A stretch of DNA of 64,000 bases from an uncultured delta proteobacterium. GTDB lineage: Bacteria; Myxococcota; Myxococcia; SLRQ01. The DNA is taken from the NCBI GenBank assembly GCA_963727485.1, contig CAVSGM010000005.1, forward strand, positions 1-64,000, in the 5' to 3' direction. The position numbers were made by a program, and so were the translations under genes. Shown piece by piece: positions 62,718-64,000 of the stretch. Within the stretch, counting starts at the first letter, position 1; each line of letters opens with the position of its first letter. The notes below the pieces were generated by a model. It was not told the DNA's origin. It saw nothing but the letters and a program-made list of their open reading frames with translations, and ran no database searches.

Positions 62718-63940
62718 GCCCCGGTCTCCCCGCAGGTGGCGTGGACCTGCACCCCGAGGACTCCGTCGACCTCGACCAGGGCGCCCCGGGCGACGACGGT
62801 GTCGCCCACGGCGAGGTGGACCTCGGGGTCGGGGCCCGGGAGCGGCACCACCGATCCGGGCTCGAGGGCGGCGAGCTCGCCGAGGGTGGCGGGGACGGTG
62901 GCGAGGACGACGCGGAGGTCGACCTGGAGGGCGTCGATGGGGGGCGGGGCGGACATGGGGACCTCCCGGTGTCGGGGGCTGGGGGGCTTGAGGGCGGCGA
63001 CCTCGAGGTGGCCGCCCTCGAGGTGACCGAGGGCGGCGGCGCCTCGGCCGGCGGCGAGGCACGCCGGGCCGGTGAGGTGGACGCCGTCGTAGGCGAGGTC
63101 TGGGTCGGGGCAGATGGCGTCGCCGGCCTCGAGGCAGTCGAGGGTGGCGCGGGTGAGGCGCACCGGGCCGGCGCAGAGCTCGAGGCGCAGGGGCAGGGCC
63201 TGGAGCCACGGGGGCAGGGGGCGGCCCGGTGGGACGCGGTGGGGATTGAGGCGGGCGGCGCCGGCGGCGTCGAAGGCCACCTGCACCCGGCCGGCCCGCG
63301 GCCCGAGGTCGAGGCGCGCCTCGAAGCAGAGCACCGGCGGCCCCGGGGGCGAGGCGGCGAGGGCCGGGGCGAGGGGGACCCGGGTGCCGCCGGTGCCCGC
63401 GGGATTGGCGCGCGGGGCCCCGTCACCGGCGATGGCCGCGAGGGCGACCAGGACCGCGTGGCCCAGGACCGCCCGGGTGATCCGGTCCGGCGAGGTGGAC
63501 AGCGGCGGCGCCTCGGTGCCGGCGACCGCGCTCACCAGGGCGGCCGCGGTCACCGGGCAGAGGCGCACGGTGCAGGCGGGGAGGCCCGGTCCCGGAGACA
63601 CGGCGAAGCCGGCGCCGGCGAGGGCCACGCCGGCCGGAGCGGGGTGGAGGGCGTCGAGGGTGACCTCCAGGCCCACGGCGGCGCCGGCGACGGCCGCCAG
63701 ACGCCGGGCCCGGGCCTCGAGGGCCGCCCGGGCGCCGTCCGCCGCAGGGGCGCGCCACCGACCGAGGTGGCCGGAGAGCACCGGGAAGCGCGGCCGGTCG
63801 AGGCGACCGGGGCGTCGCGCGAATCGAGAGGGGGCTCCCGCCCGGGCCGTCTCGGGCGACGGTGCGGGCGTCGCCGGGGCGCCCCGGGGATCCGTCGGCG
63901 CCTCCCAGGGGGCCGGGCGGCGGGTGGGCGTCGGCGCCAC
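62714..63940 (-). CDS. sctQ: SctQ / FliM-FliN-like C-ring protein with SpoA domains (start uncertain)
   Basis: LPLRLELCAGPVRLTRATLDCLEAGD and LQVDLRVVLATVPATLGELAALEPGSVV...VARGALVEVDGVLGVQV. Confidence 0.8.
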   Translation of the reverse strand: MAPTPTRRPAPWEAPTDPRGAPATPAPSPETARAGAPSRFARRPGRLDRPRFPVLSGHLGRWRAPAADGARAALEARARRLAAVAGAAVGLEVTLDALHPAPAGVALAGAGFAVSPGPGLPACTVRLCPVTAAALVSAVAGTEAPPLSTSPDRITRAVLGHAVLVALAAIAGDGAPRANPAGTGGTRVPLAPALAASPPGPPVLCFEARLDLGPRAGRVQVAFDAAGAARLNPHRVPPGRPLPPWLQALPLRLELCAGPVRLTRATLDCLEAGDAICPDPDLAYDGVHLTGPACLAAGRGAAALGHLEGGHLEVAALKPPSPRHREVPMSAPPPIDALQVDLRVVLATVPATLGELAALEPGSVVPLPGPDPEVHLAVGDTVVARGALVEVDGVLGVQVHATCGETGA

Positions 63941-64000
63941 CCGCGGCGGCCGGAGGCGGCGGGTGATCCTTGGGCGGCCAGGGGAGGTCGGGACATCGGC

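Noticed and set aside
57587..63940. Bona fide flagellar operon
   Set aside because: No flhF/flhG/fliA follow the flhA-like gene, FliP lacks the signal-peptide region, and FliM/FliN are fused SctQ-style. It cannot be fully excluded without the neighbouring window.

Overview
Very GC-rich chromosomal segment, almost certainly from a Myxococcota (myxobacteria-like) organism. Evidence for this: a Myxo-type T3SS export cluster, a GltJ/AgmX-like protein, a TIGR02266-type PilZ protein, Cys-rich lipoproteins and a Pxr-like sRNA. Contents from left to right: (1) the 3' end of an IS481 element; (2) a four-gene surface cassette (OB-fold repeat lipoprotein, 5'-nucleotidase, OB-fold lipoprotein, outer-membrane barrel); (3) NUDIX, CcmI-like lipoprotein, metF, an RND pair, tRNA-Ala(CGC) and a TPR protein; (4) a cytochrome oxidase assembly cluster; (5) two convergent Cys-rich lipoproteins separated by an internally deleted IS481; (6) USP, FYDLN protein, MshEN-REC-TPR protein, GltJ-like protein and a giant TPR protein; (7) a block at 37.2-47.4 kb with two microcompartment vertex genes, an atypical class II aldolase, a ComEA/DUF3006/MBL-nuclease operon, deoC, thymidine phosphorylase, NupC and PNP; (8) rpmE, ligA, acylphosphatase, a sigma54-driven three-stem-loop sRNA, an aspartic protease, an RNase E/G with a large charged insert, PilZ, YihY and IHF; (9) the sctQ-fliO-sctRSTUV cluster. 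The best candidate for an under-described system is block 7. Both its aldolase and its DeoC carry encapsulation-peptide-like helices, which suggests a DNA-foraging pathway linking extracellular DNA binding and cleavage, nucleoside import and phosphorolysis to microcompartment-encapsulated deoxyribose-phosphate cleavage. About nine genes, including housekeeping rne, are broken by 1-2 nt indels, most likely long-read assembly errors, so fine residue-level claims need read support. All family assignments come from motif recognition by eye; no database searches were run.
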